A stretch of DNA of 64,000 nucleotides from Gammaproteobacteria bacterium (GCA_041589175.1 JBFHWF010000004.1:3480-67479), one strand, 5' to 3'; positions 36,309 through 46,239 are shown, counted from the first letter of the stretch. Numbers and translations are program-made. Notes: generated by a model from the sequence alone, not told the origin.

Positions 36309-36834
36309 TAAACTCACCGGGTTTAATATTCCCTAGTCGCCAGTCGCCTATACGACTGCGCACCAGTCGCAAGGTTGGAAACCCGACAGCAGCCGTCATT
36401 CGCCTGACCTGCCGATTACGTCCTTCCCTGATCGACAACTCAATCCAGCTGGTCGGAATATTTTTACGAAATCTCACAGGTGGATCACGTGGCCATAAGT
36501 TTTGTGGCTCATCGATCATTCGAGCACGCGCAGGTTTTGTTATGCCATCTTTCAGTTGCACGCCCTTGCAGAGTTTCTCAATCGCTCCATCTTCAATCTG
36601 TCCATCAACCTGAACCCAGTACACTTTCTGCATTTTCTTTTTCGGGTTTGCAATCCTGTGTTGCAGCTTACCATCATCTGTTAACAACAACAGGCCTTCC
36701 GAATCCTGATCGAGGCGCCCCGCCGCGTATACATTTTTTTCAGAAATATAATCCGCCAGCGTCTTATGTTTTTCATGCGGAGAAAACTGACACACAACAC
36801 CATAGGGTTTGTTAAACAGAAGCAGCCGCGACAT
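36292..36834 (-). CDS. rluE: rRNA pseudouridine synthase, RsuA/RluE family (no S4 domain)
   Basis: 180 aa with the catalytic motif AAGRLDQDSEGLLLLTDDG and RNRQVRRM. Confidence 0.75.
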   Translation of the reverse strand: MSRLLLFNKPYGVVCQFSPHEKHKTLADYISEKNVYAAGRLDQDSEGLLLLTDDGKLQHRIANPKKKMQKVYWVQVDGQIEDGAIEKLCKGVQLKDGITKPARARMIDEPQNLWPRDPPVRFRKNIPTSWIELSIREGRNRQVRRMTAAVGFPTLRLVRSRIGDWRLGNIKPGEFITLQV

Positions 36835-36836
36835 AT

Positions 36837-37724
36837 TTAAAGCTCAAGCCATCGCTGCCGGCGACGATCACTGACATTCAGCGTATCGAGCAACTCGTGA
36901 AATAGATCTTCATCGGGAATACCCTGCCAGCGAATATGATTTTCATGATTATCGAAAACAGCATCAGTAACTATCTCCGTCAGTCTTTTATTTGTCGGTA
37001 AGATTTCCTGATGTTCTTCAACCAGATTCTGGATACGTGCAGAACCCCTGAATTTCATTTTTGAAATATTATTTATATTCTCAAGAATGTCATCAATGTT
37101 CTGATATTTTTTTAACAGGTTGGAAGCCATTTTATAACCGACACCAGGAATACCCGGTATGTTATCAACCTTATCACCGGATAGCGCCAGCATGTCTGCG
37201 ATCTGTTCAGGTTTTACACCAAACTGTTTTTCTACGCCTTTATAATTAAGCACCGTACCACGTGCAAAGTCCCACCATGCATCTCTTTTGCCAAGCACCA
37301 GCTGGGTTAGATCCTTGTCGGCACTCACAATGGTGATATCAAAGCCTTCCTGTCTTAGGCGATTCGAGAGAGTACCAATAATATCGTCCGCTTCAAATCG
37401 GTCGCTACCAAATTCCGGTATGCCGACAGCTCGGCAAAATTCCCTGCAGTATCGGAACTGCACGATCAGTTCTTCTGGTGCGGGTGGACGATTCGCCTTG
37501 TATTCGGGAAATATTTCACAGCGATAGGAGTTGGTCTGGTGTGCATCGAATGCACAGGCGATATATTCTGGCTGTTTCTGCTGAAATAACTGGTAGAGAA
37601 ATTCAGAGAAGCCATAAACGGCATTAGCCGGGTTGCCGTGGATATCTTCGATTGCATCATCGTAGACGTGCCAGGCGCGAAAAATGTAAATACTGGAATC
37701 TATCAGGTATGCGCGTTTACTCAT
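36837..37724 (-). CDS. 5'-3' exonuclease / flap endonuclease (Pol I N-terminal-like, Xni/ExoIX family)
   Basis: PIN-like N-terminus (YLIDSSIYIFRAWH, YKANRPP, EADDIIGTL, SADKDLTQL). H3TH region (DNIPGIPGVGYKMASNLL). Confidence 0.8.
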   Translation of the reverse strand: MSKRAYLIDSSIYIFRAWHVYDDAIEDIHGNPANAVYGFSEFLYQLFQQKQPEYIACAFDAHQTNSYRCEIFPEYKANRPPAPEELIVQFRYCREFCRAVGIPEFGSDRFEADDIIGTLSNRLRQEGFDITIVSADKDLTQLVLGKRDAWWDFARGTVLNYKGVEKQFGVKPEQIADMLALSGDKVDNIPGIPGVGYKMASNLLKKYQNIDDILENINNISKMKFRGSARIQNLVEEHQEILPTNKRLTEIVTDAVFDNHENHIRWQGIPDEDLFHELLDTLNVSDRRRQRWLEL

Positions 37725-37780
37725 CGCGCTAGTTTACCCCAGCACGAACATATCGTCCTGCTTTTTGCTGAAGCTTCAGA

Positions 37781-38710
37781 CTAAAGTGACGCCAGCGTCT
37801 CCAGATCTTTACGAACGGCACTAACCGACTGCTCAAAGTTTTCTTTCTCCTGCGCATTCAGTTCCAGGCAGATCACTTTTTCCATTCCACCTGCTCCGAG
37901 CACACAGGGTACTCCTATTGCAAGATCACTACATCCATACTCATTATCCAGCAGAGCAACCGTCGGCAAAATGCGTTTTCGGTCATTAACAATCGCATCA
38001 ACCATGACTGCAACTGCGGCTGCTGGTGCATCGAAGGCACTGCTATTCTGCCGCAGTGCAAGTATTTCTGCACCGCCATTACGTGTACGAGTCACAATAT
38101 CATCCAGGGTTTTCTGATCAAGAAAATTACTCACGGGAATACCGGATATGGTGGTGTAGCGCATCATGGGCACCATGGAGTCACCATGCCCACCCATCAC
38201 CATGGCATCGATATCCAGTGCTGAGTAACCGGTTTCCATTGATATAAAACTCGCCATACGTGTTGAGTCGAGCACACCCGCCTGCCCAATAATTCGGCTG
38301 CGATCCCAGCCAGTTTTTTGCCAGGCGCGATACGTGAGAATATCGACCGGATTGGAGACAAACAGCATCTTGCTGTCAGGCGCATATTTCAGGGTATTGG
38401 CGACGATTTCATCGGTCACACGAATATTGGTTTCGAGCACATCCGAACGCGACATACCCGGCTTTCTGGGAACACCTGCTGTCACGATAACCAGATCGGA
38501 ATCCGCCATTAGCTGGTAATCATTGCCGCCCTTTAGACAGGTATCGAAACCAAACAGCGGCCCGTCTTCCTGAATATCCAGTGCGGCACCTTCAGCGGCG
38601 CCCTCCCGTATATCAATGAGCACCAGCTCACGACAGAGGTCTCGGGATGCGATAAATTGCGCGGTGGACTCACCGACACGCCCTGCGCCAACTACGGTAA
38701 TTTTTTTCAT
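37781..38710 (-). CDS. mdh: malate dehydrogenase (LDH-like MDH type)
   Basis: MKKITVVGAGRVG Rossmann start, TAGVPRKPGMSRSDV (the MDH-type Arg loop) and GGHGDSMVP. Confidence 0.85.
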   Translation of the reverse strand: MKKITVVGAGRVGESTAQFIASRDLCRELVLIDIREGAAEGAALDIQEDGPLFGFDTCLKGGNDYQLMADSDLVIVTAGVPRKPGMSRSDVLETNIRVTDEIVANTLKYAPDSKMLFVSNPVDILTYRAWQKTGWDRSRIIGQAGVLDSTRMASFISMETGYSALDIDAMVMGGHGDSMVPMMRYTTISGIPVSNFLDQKTLDDIVTRTRNGGAEILALRQNSSAFDAPAAAVAVMVDAIVNDRKRILPTVALLDNEYGCSDLAIGVPCVLGAGGMEKVICLELNAQEKENFEQSVSAVRKDLETLASL

Positions 38711-38756
38711 GCTGCCTGTCTCGTTTCTGTTTATCCGTTACAGACGATTTTAGCAG

Positions 38757-39986
38757 TTACTCGTGATGATGCTTGGCAACACCACATTCAATAGCTGCAC
38801 GCGTGACTGCCGCAGGAACTTTATCAATGAGGCGAGGATCCACCGGCTTGGGAATGATATAGTCAGGACCAAATGATAATTCATCCAGGCCATAGGCATC
38901 GAGCACAGACTCAGGCACGGGTTCTCTGGCCAGGTCACGAATTTCCTTAACTGCCGCAATATGCATTTCCTGGGTGATTGTGGTTGCCCCTGCATCCAGT
39001 GCACCTCGAAAAATATAGGGAAAGCCCAGGACATTATTCACCTGGTTGGGATAGTCGCTGCGCCCAGTTGCCATAATCAGATCATCACGCACCTGCATTG
39101 CCAGCTCCGGTTGAATTTCCGGATTAGGATTAGACAAAGCAAACACGATCGGCTTGGGCGCCATGGCAGCGATCATTTCCTGGGTGAGAAGATCTGGCCC
39201 TGATACTCCAATAAACACATCCGCATCCGTTAGCGCATCCAGCGCCGTTCGTTTATCGGTATTAACCGCAAACTCGGCCTTGTAGATATTTAAATCATTC
39301 CGCGAGGTATGAATAACACCATTACGATCCAGTAACAGCATATTTTCCTTGGGCACACCCATACCCTGTAACAGACGCATCGATGCGATACCCGCAGCAC
39401 CTGCCCCCATACAAACGATTTTTGCACTTTCTAACGCCTTACCCTGCAACTCGAGGGCATTTGACAAAGCAGCTGCAATAATAATTGCCGTGCCGTGCTG
39501 GTCATCATGGAACACGGGAATATCCAGCATGCTATCGAGTGTACGCTCGATTTCAAAACACTCTGGTGCCTTGATATCTTCCAGATTAATACCACCAAAG
39601 GTTGGCGCGATTCGCCCCACGGTATCGATAAAGTCCTTGGGTACATCGGCATTGATTTCGATATCAAATACATCGACATTAGCGAAACGCTTGAAGAGTA
39701 CCGCCTTACCCTCCATAACAGGCTTACCCGCCAACGCCCCTACATTACCGAGACCCAGCACGGCACTACCATTAGTAATAACGGCGACCAGATTGCCTTT
39801 GGCGGTATAGGAATAGGCGGCTTCCGGGTTTTCGGCGATTGCCTTTACCGGTTCTGCCACGCCCGGTGTGTAGGCGAGAGAGAGATCATACTGGGTCTCA
39901 CAGGGCTTAGTAATTTCCGTGGCAATCTTGCCGGGGACAGGCGCACGATGGTATTCCAGTGCGCGTTTTTTATCTTCTTCTTTCAT
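38757..39986 (-). CDS. NAD(P)-dependent malic enzyme (short form, no PTA domain)
   Basis: ALEYHRAPVPGKI, LSLAYTPGVA, VITNGSAVLGLGNVG, FGGINLEDIKAPECF, HDDQHGTAII and GAGAAG are diagnostic malic enzyme motifs. Confidence 0.85.
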   Translation of the reverse strand: MKEEDKKRALEYHRAPVPGKIATEITKPCETQYDLSLAYTPGVAEPVKAIAENPEAAYSYTAKGNLVAVITNGSAVLGLGNVGALAGKPVMEGKAVLFKRFANVDVFDIEINADVPKDFIDTVGRIAPTFGGINLEDIKAPECFEIERTLDSMLDIPVFHDDQHGTAIIIAAALSNALELQGKALESAKIVCMGAGAAGIASMRLLQGMGVPKENMLLLDRNGVIHTSRNDLNIYKAEFAVNTDKRTALDALTDADVFIGVSGPDLLTQEMIAAMAPKPIVFALSNPNPEIQPELAMQVRDDLIMATGRSDYPNQVNNVLGFPYIFRGALDAGATTITQEMHIAAVKEIRDLAREPVPESVLDAYGLDELSFGPDYIIPKPVDPRLIDKVPAAVTRAAIECGVAKHHHE

Positions 39987-40041
39987 TTTTGCTCTTTACA
40001 TGGCCTGGCCGTGCTTCTCTACGACCTTTAGTACAAGTTTA

Positions 40042-40911
40042 TCATTTTTGCTCAGTTAATGAGCTGGAATGACGAAGTATCATACTATGTGCTGGTTGCT
40101 CACTATTCTTCTTGCGGTAACTTTTCAGCCAGCCCCTGGCTTCTATTTGTCGGCCCTTGAGCGCTTTCAGCTGTGGCAGACTAAAGCCAGACAGATCAGA
40201 CTTGTAAATATGCAGGTGCAGGCGGTGGTCGACCTGAAGCGTCAGGCGCTTCTTCGTCTGCCAGATATCAGTAACTCGGCCCTGTACTATATGAAACCCT
40301 CGACTGGCCTCATGCAGCTGAGACACACGCCACGACTGATACAGCCGCGATGCCCAGATGCCTCGCTGTTGCTCTCGCGCCGACTGCTCCTGCCTGCGGT
40401 AGCAGTCTCCAAGACGGTCATTGGGCGGGGTTGTATAAGCAATGGCATAGCCATTAGCGAGCAGCCAGCCCTGAATACTCTCGCCATCGACCAGGAAAAC
40501 ATGGGCGAGGACACGTCCATAACGGTCTTTCGTATCCATACCATATTGCAGCGATACCCGCTCACCCGCCGCCACCAGCTTTTCTCTCAGCGCACGCTTG
40601 GCCGCCTCTCCGAGACGCGCCTCCAGCGGATCCAGTTCGCGTTTGCGACTAAATACTTCGGGCGTATCGATACCGATAAACCGCACCTTCCGACCATCTT
40701 CCAGACGCAGGGTGTCGCCATCATAAACATGGGCAACCCGCGCCGTGGTATCGATTCGCAATGGTGCACAGCCCTGTTGATGCTTCGCAGCTGACGCAGG
40801 CCCAGCCTGTGTTGAAGCCCCCATAGCCCAGGCGTTACCTGCCAGAACACAGGCACAAAAAAAGGCGCCCGTTAACAGCGCCTTTTTTATAAAGCATTGA
40901 AGCTTCAGCAA
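40042..40911 (-). CDS. thermonuclease (SNase) family protein with extra C-terminal domain; start ambiguous
   Basis: SNase motifs VAHVYDGDTLRLEDGRKVRFIGIDTPE and RYGRVLAHVFL.DGESIQGWLLANGYA. A TTG at 40911 would give a signal peptide (..LLTGAFFCACVLAGNAWA). The alternative ATG at 40824 lies after an rpmE terminator-like hairpin. The maximal ORF (to 41076) runs through rpmE and is rejected. Confidence 0.7.
   Translation of the reverse strand: MLKLQCFIKKALLTGAFFCACVLAGNAWAMGASTQAGPASAAKHQQGCAPLRIDTTARVAHVYDGDTLRLEDGRKVRFIGIDTPEVFSRKRELDPLEARLGEAAKRALREKLVAAGERVSLQYGMDTKDRYGRVLAHVFLVDGESIQGWLLANGYAIAYTTPPNDRLGDCYRRQEQSAREQQRGIWASRLYQSWRVSQLHEASRGFHIVQGRVTDIWQTKKRLTLQVDHRLHLHIYKSDLSGFSLPQLKALKGRQIEARGWLKSYRKKNSEQPAHSMILRHSSSLTEQK
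40857..40888 (-). terminator. rho-independent terminator-like hairpin after rpmE
   Basis: On the minus strand: AAAAAAGGCGC-TGTTAACGG-GCGCCTTTTTTT. This is a GGCGC/GCGCC stem extended by A:T pairs, then a T-run, 28 nt downstream of the rpmE stop. Confidence 0.6.
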
Positions 40912-40915
40912 AATC

Positions 40916-41128
40916 TTACTTCTTGCTACCGCCAAAACGCTTACGGAATTTCTCAACCTGACCGGCAGAGTCAACGATCTTCTGCTTTCCGGTGAAGAAA
41001 GGATGACATTGTGAGCAAACTTCAACCTGAAGCGCTTCGTTGTTATACGTCGAACGCGTCTGGAAGCTGTTACCACAGCTACAGTTCACCGTAATGTCGT
41101 GATAATTTGGATGTATATCTGGCCTCAT
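40916..41128 (-). CDS. rpmE: 50S ribosomal protein L31 (Zn-binding type A)
   Basis: [27 protein letters not shown]...[16 protein letters not shown] has the L31 signature with the CxC and CxxC Zn ligands. Confidence 0.95.
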   Translation of the reverse strand: MRPDIHPNYHDITVNCSCGNSFQTRSTYNNEALQVEVCSQCHPFFTGKQKIVDSAGQVEKFRKRFGGSKK

Positions 41129-41169
41129 TTTCGAGTCCTCTAGAGCCTTGCTGCCGTAAAGAGCCGCGT

Positions 41170-41198
41170 ATAATACTCGCTTAACCTCGCCTCGGCAA
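41170..41198 (-). promoter_or_regulatory. putative sigma70 promoter of rpmE
   Basis: Minus strand TTGCCG (41198-41193), a 17-nt spacer, then TATTAT (41175-41170), about 40 nt upstream of the rpmE ATG. Confidence 0.4.
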
Positions 41199-41283
41199 GG
41201 GCAAATCCGCGGAATTTCCCACAGATTTTCGTGTTATAGTCCTTTGAGGATCAGGAAAAATATGACAACAGGAGCAACAGCAC

Positions 41284-41757
41284 ATGAAAATGCTAGTCAG
41301 CATGGTTCTCACCATGGGCATACTGCTTTTTGGCGCACATTATGCGATGAAAGGCGGCATCCCCGGAATTCCCGGCCTGCCGGGCGCTGGTAGCAACAAT
41401 GGCCCCAAAGGACTGAGCCAAATGGGCAACCCCACGGTGGATGAAGATGTCACCGTATACACCTGGACCGATGAACAGGGCGTCACCCACTTCGGCAGTA
41501 CACCACCAACCAACCAGGGTGCCTATGAAAAGAAAGAAATCCTCGCCAATACGAATGTCGTTCAGGCACTAAAACCTGGCGAAGAAGAGGAAGAAAAGCC
41601 TGCTCAGGGCGGTAAGGTCGCCCATATCAGCAAGGTTTACTCCCCCGAGGGTGTCAAGGACCTGATGCAGGAGACCAGCGACCTGCAGCAGCAACTCAAC
41701 GAACGCATGGCTGAGCAGGACAAGATGCTGCAGGACATTATGGGCGGCAAAAAATAG
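41284..41757 (+). CDS. DUF4124 domain protein
   Basis: N-terminal TM/signal segment, then VYTWTDEQGVTHFGSTPP, the DUF4124 core motif, and an acidic/coiled tail. Confidence 0.7.
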   Translation: MKMLVSMVLTMGILLFGAHYAMKGGIPGIPGLPGAGSNNGPKGLSQMGNPTVDEDVTVYTWTDEQGVTHFGSTPPTNQGAYEKKEILANTNVVQALKPGEEEEEKPAQGGKVAHISKVYSPEGVKDLMQETSDLQQQLNERMAEQDKMLQDIMGGKK

Positions 41758-41760
41758 CCC

Positions 41761-42918
41761 TCACTCATCAAACAGGTTAACCAGGTCATTCAGGAACAGG
41801 TAACCCTGCTGTGTGGCCTGGTAGCCTGCGGCCGATTCCCACTTTTCCAGCAGCCCCTTCTCAACCGCCTTCTCACAGGTATTCGCAACCCGACTAAACG
41901 ACAGGCCGGTGTGCGCTTCAAAATCCTGCAGGCTAAAACCCTCGCGTAGGCGCAGGGCGTTTAGCATAAATTCAAATGCGAGCTGTGAGTCTTCAATCAA
42001 CTCATGAGCGGATATTTTCTCCGTAGCCGAGGCCTGCATATAGGCTGCTGGCTGGCGCAGCTGCCAGTAGCGCTGCACCTGGCCATTATCGGATCGACTG
42101 ATCTTGCCGTGTGCACCCGCCCCCAGGGCGAGGTAATCACCGAACTGCCAGTAGTTGAGATTATGCTGGCAACGCCGCCCTTCCCGGGCATAGGCCGAAA
42201 TTTCATATTGCTGATAGCCCTGCTCCGCCAGCAGCGCCTGCCCCTGCTGCTGCAGCTCGAAGGCCATCTCGTCATCGGGTACGCTGGGTGGCCTTGCATG
42301 AAACAGGGTATTGGGCTCGATAGTGAGCTGGTACCAGGAAATATGCTCTGGCTGCAAGGCAATAGCCTGCCTGAGATCCGCCAGCCCGGCTTCCAGACTT
42401 TGACCCGGCAGGCCGTACATCAGGTCCAGGTTAATATTTTCAAAACCTGCTGTGCGAGCAACATCGAAGGCACGTAACGCTTCATCCGCAGAGTGTATTC
42501 GCCCCAGTGCCTGTAGCTTTACGTCATCGAAGCTCTGCACCCCTATCGACAGCCGATTCACCCCGGCCTGGTAAAAACCATTGAATTTATCCTGCTCGAC
42601 CGTGCCCGGATTTGCCTCCATGGTGACTTCCATATTTGGCAAACAGTTCAGGTGACTTCTCACCATCGACAGCAGTTGATCAATACCCGCAGCAGAAAAC
42701 AGGCTGGGTGTGCCACCACCAATAAACACGGACACGATGCGTCGCCCCCAGATGCTCGGTAACTGGGCCTGCAGATCTTCTTGCAGCGCGCGAAGGTATT
42801 CCTGCTCCGGTAGCTGTTCAAACGTGTGGGAGTTAAAGTCGCAGTAAGGACATTTTTTAACGCACCACGGGATATGGATATATAATGCCAGCGGCGGCAG
42901 CTGTTGAAATTCAGACAT
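41761..42918 (-). CDS. hemW: radical SAM heme chaperone HemW (HemN-like, YggW)
   Basis: LYIHIPWCVKKCPYCDFNS (CxxxCxxC preceded by HIPFC-like), GGGTPS, and the size of 385 aa fit HemW rather than HemN. Confidence 0.9.
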   Translation of the reverse strand: MSEFQQLPPLALYIHIPWCVKKCPYCDFNSHTFEQLPEQEYLRALQEDLQAQLPSIWGRRIVSVFIGGGTPSLFSAAGIDQLLSMVRSHLNCLPNMEVTMEANPGTVEQDKFNGFYQAGVNRLSIGVQSFDDVKLQALGRIHSADEALRAFDVARTAGFENINLDLMYGLPGQSLEAGLADLRQAIALQPEHISWYQLTIEPNTLFHARPPSVPDDEMAFELQQQGQALLAEQGYQQYEISAYAREGRRCQHNLNYWQFGDYLALGAGAHGKISRSDNGQVQRYWQLRQPAAYMQASATEKISAHELIEDSQLAFEFMLNALRLREGFSLQDFEAHTGLSFSRVANTCEKAVEKGLLEKWESAAGYQATQQGYLFLNDLVNLFDE

Positions 42919-42961
42919 GTCGCCATTTTATAACAGCCGAACCCTAGAAACATCTATTCCC

Positions 42962-43378
42962 ATGCCAGGCTCAGACGACACCAGACTTTTTCTTCGCGCC
43001 AGCCTTAAATTACTGACGGCCTTTGCCGCCGTATTTCTCGCGTATATTCTTTTGCAGGTCGTCATGGGGCCCGGTAAACAGGCACCACGCTATGATGAAG
43101 AAATTGATGTATCCAGCCTTAAGTTGAATCAGAGCCTGCACTATCCCGTTCAGGGGCGTGAGTTACTCGTTATCAGAAGTCCGCACGGTTACCATGCGTT
43201 CTGGGCACAACATCCAACCTATGGTTGTCGTCTTGAGTATCGAGAACCCTGGATTATTCCTGTCTGTATTGACCTGAAATATTCACTTGATGGGCGCAGT
43301 TTTAAACATGATGACAGCCTCGCCGCTCCACGCCATGAAATGGCCGGTGAAGGCAAGCTGATCATTTATTCTGACTGA
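42962..43378 (+). CDS. hypothetical membrane-anchored protein
   Basis: One TM helix (LLTAFAAVFLAYILLQVV) followed by a roughly 90-aa soluble domain. The ORF-track start at 42917 would overlap the divergent hemW start codon (CATG), so I prefer the internal ATG at 42962. Confidence 0.4.
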   Translation: MPGSDDTRLFLRASLKLLTAFAAVFLAYILLQVVMGPGKQAPRYDEEIDVSSLKLNQSLHYPVQGRELLVIRSPHGYHAFWAQHPTYGCRLEYREPWIIPVCIDLKYSLDGRSFKHDDSLAAPRHEMAGEGKLIIYSD

Positions 43379-44661
43379 GACATTTGAGCGGACTGACGAC
43401 GCGATAGAATACGTATCAGCAGTATCGCCGGCAAGCCAAGCGCCGCCGTGTAGATAAAGAAATTCACATAGCCATACGCCTCAACCACCGTGCCGGAAAA
43501 GCCACCGATAAATTTTGCCGGTAGCAACATCAGCGAACTAAACAGGGCATACTGGGTCGCCGTATAGGCCTTGTTGGTAAGACCAGAGAGATAGGCAATA
43601 AAGGCAGACCCCGCAATTCCGGCACTCAGGTTATCTGCAGCAATCACCATCGCCAATAAAGATGTTCCCGGAGGGCTCATCGCCACCAGCACAAATAACA
43701 GGTTGGTAATCACCACGATGATCGCGCCCGTCATCAGAATAGGAAACACACCATACCTGACTACCATAGCCCCACCCAACAATGCACCGATAATGGTAAC
43801 AACAGGGCCGATGGTTTTGGTCACCAGACCAATCTGCAAATCGGTATAACCCACATCCACATATAACGGGTTAGCCATAATCCCCATGGAAATATCGCTC
43901 ACCCTGAATAGCCCGATAAACAGCAATACCAGCAGGGCAAACTGCCCATTGCGTTTAAAGAAATCCGTAAAAGGACAAATAACCGCGCCAATGACCCAGG
44001 CATACAGCGCCTGAATTTTTGCGGGCAAATGCGTGGATCGCTCCAGGAACTGCACGACGCTCGCTTCCTGCTGCCAGGTATCACGACTGATACTACGATC
44101 CGGTTCGGGTATCAGCAATGTGGTTAGAATACCAACCAGCATGCAACCCGCCATTGCCATATATGCCTGTGGCCAGGATGCAAAGTGCGCAATGCTAAAC
44201 GCACCTCCCCCAGCTAGCAGCATACCCAGCCGGTAACCCATCTGGTAGGTACCCGACATGGCACCCTGTGATTCAACCGGCATGGCTTCGATGCGCCAGG
44301 CATCAATCGCGATATCCTGTGTCGCGGATGAAAATGCGACGAGTAAAGCCGCGTATACAAGCAGGATTAACTGACTTTGTGGATCGCTGGACGCCATTAA
44401 TAACAGGCCGATAATAATGCCGACCTGTGCCAGCAGTATCCAGCTGCGTCGCTGGCCTAACGCATTTCCAAGAAAAGGTAAATTGAGACGGTCGACAAGT
44501 GGCGACCAGGCAAACTTTAACCCATATAAAAGTGCCACCCAGCTAATAAAGCCGATGGTACTTTTATCGATCCCGCTGCGCGCCAGCCAGGCAGATAAAG
44601 TTCCGAACACCAGCAATAGCGGCAGGCCAGCTGAAAACCCCAGAAACAACATCGCAATCAC
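43366..44661 (-). CDS. ampG: AmpG-family muropeptide MFS permease
   Basis: LGFSAGLPLLLVFGTLSAWL, WSPLVDR and RRSWILLAQ motifs, with a 12+ TM MFS profile. Confidence 0.85.
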   Translation of the reverse strand: MIAMLFLGFSAGLPLLLVFGTLSAWLARSGIDKSTIGFISWVALLYGLKFAWSPLVDRLNLPFLGNALGQRRSWILLAQVGIIIGLLLMASSDPQSQLILLVYAALLVAFSSATQDIAIDAWRIEAMPVESQGAMSGTYQMGYRLGMLLAGGGAFSIAHFASWPQAYMAMAGCMLVGILTTLLIPEPDRSISRDTWQQEASVVQFLERSTHLPAKIQALYAWVIGAVICPFTDFFKRNGQFALLVLLFIGLFRVSDISMGIMANPLYVDVGYTDLQIGLVTKTIGPVVTIIGALLGGAMVVRYGVFPILMTGAIIVVITNLLFVLVAMSPPGTSLLAMVIAADNLSAGIAGSAFIAYLSGLTNKAYTATQYALFSSLMLLPAKFIGGFSGTVVEAYGYVNFFIYTAALGLPAILLIRILSRRQSAQMSQSE

Positions 44662-44733
44662 CCGGGGGTGACGATAGTTACTGAGCGCATTCGCCCAACT
44701 ATGTTGTCCAGTTGTCTGTTGACTAGTAATAAT

Positions 44734-45510
44734 TTATTCCAGGATATAGTCGTAATCGATTATCAGTGGCGCATGATCGGAAAAGCGCTCGTCTTTGTAA
44801 ATATGTGTCGACTTTACCGTATCTTTCAGCTTAGGGGTAATCACCTGATAATCGATACGCCAGCCGGTATTATTCGCCCAGGCCTGTCCTCGATTACTCC
44901 ACCAGGTATATTCGTGTTCTTTCTGATTGACCACGCGAAACGCATCCACATAACCCACCTCGTCGAACAGCTTTGTCATCCAGTCGCGTTCTTCTGGCAG
45001 GAAGCCCGAGTTTTTCTGGTTACTACGCCAGTTTTTGATATCGATTTTCTTGTGCGCAATATTCCAGTCACCGCAGATGACGAACTCCCTGCGCTTGCGT
45101 CGCAATTTCTGCAAGTGTGGCAAAAAGCGGTCCATAAAATCGAATTTCAAGGCCTGGCGTTCTTCCGACGATGAGCCAGAATGCATATACAGGGAAACTA
45201 CGCTGATTTTTTCGAACTCAACCTCAAGGTAACGCCCCTCCAGGTCGATATCATGCATGCCAATACCAAATTTCACCTTGCGTGGTTTCTGTTTGCAATA
45301 AACGGCGACACCGCTATAGCCTTTTTTCTCGGCATCATGGTAGTAACAGTGATAACCCTCGGGGCGAAACATGTCATCTTCCAGCTGATGCTCCTGGGCC
45401 TTGGTTTCCTGGATACAGACAACGTCAGCCTGTTGCTTTTTTAACCATTCGAAAAAACCCTTTCGTGCAGCAGCGCGGATTCCGTTGGTGTTAACTGATA
45501 TAATACGCAT
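44734..45510 (-). CDS. xthA: exodeoxyribonuclease III
   Basis: MRIISVNTNGIRAA, DVVCIQETK, GYSGVA, GDWNIAH and SDHAPL are AP-endonuclease family 1 motifs. I chose the ATG at 45510. Confidence 0.9.
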   Translation of the reverse strand: MRIISVNTNGIRAAARKGFFEWLKKQQADVVCIQETKAQEHQLEDDMFRPEGYHCYYHDAEKKGYSGVAVYCKQKPRKVKFGIGMHDIDLEGRYLEVEFEKISVVSLYMHSGSSSEERQALKFDFMDRFLPHLQKLRRKRREFVICGDWNIAHKKIDIKNWRSNQKNSGFLPEERDWMTKLFDEVGYVDAFRVVNQKEHEYTWWSNRGQAWANNTGWRIDYQVITPKLKDTVKSTHIYKDERFSDHAPLIIDYDYILE

Positions 45511-45589
45511 AAATGAATTCAATAAATCTGTTGTGTAATAACACTTCTGGCAGCGCATTTTACATGCTGGGGACGACACAAGGTAGCAT

Positions 45590-46234
45590 ATGAAAGATTA
45601 TCAAAAGAATTTTATAGAACTCGCACTACAGTACGACGTACTGAAATTTGGTGAATTCAAACTCAAATCTGGCCGCCAAAGCCCTTACTTTTTCAACGCT
45701 GGCCTGTTTAACACCGGCAAGGCACTGGCCGAAATGGGCCGTTGTTATGCACAGGCGATCGTAGACAGCGGCATTCAGTATGACGTGCTATTTGGTCCCG
45801 CCTACAAGGGTATTCCCCTGGTTGCGGTAACCGCCATGGCACTCTATCTGGATCATGGCCTTGACGTGCCCTATGCCTTTAACCGCAAGGAAGCCAAGGA
45901 CCATGGCGAAGGCGGCAATATCGTAGGCTCACCGCTGGAGGGACAGGTGCTGATTCTTGATGATGTAATTACCGCAGGCACCGCTATCCGTGAAGCCATT
46001 GATATCATCGATGCCAATAACGCAACGGCCATAGGCGTCATGATTGCACTGGATCGACAGGAAAAAGGCAAGGGATCACAATCAGCTGTGCAGGAAGTGA
46101 ATAGCGAATATGGTATCAACGTTCTGAACATTATCAGCCTGCAGCATCTGATCCAGTATCTCAAGGACAGTGGCAATGAAGAAATGCTGGACGCCATGAT
46201 GTTCTATCGTAACGAATACGGCATCGAAGCCTGA
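45590..46234 (+). CDS. pyrE: orotate phosphoribosyltransferase
   Basis: [26 protein letters not shown] and the PRPP motif [14 protein letters not shown]. Confidence 0.95.
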   Translation: MKDYQKNFIELALQYDVLKFGEFKLKSGRQSPYFFNAGLFNTGKALAEMGRCYAQAIVDSGIQYDVLFGPAYKGIPLVAVTAMALYLDHGLDVPYAFNRKEAKDHGEGGNIVGSPLEGQVLILDDVITAGTAIREAIDIIDANNATAIGVMIALDRQEKGKGSQSAVQEVNSEYGINVLNIISLQHLIQYLKDSGNEEMLDAMMFYRNEYGIEA

Positions 46235-46239
46235 GTGAA

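Noticed and set aside
40069-40794. 241-aa ORF on the plus strand
   Set aside because: It is antisense to the SNase-family nuclease gene, and its low-complexity Leu/Arg-rich translation is typical of a shadow frame.
42917-42961. ORF-track start codon at 42917 for the hypothetical protein
   Set aside because: It would overlap the divergent hemW start codon within a CATG tetranucleotide, leaving no room for either promoter or RBS. I preferred the internal ATG at 42962.
44668-45174. 168-aa plus-strand ORF
   Set aside because: It is antisense to xthA, which has strong exonuclease III motifs.
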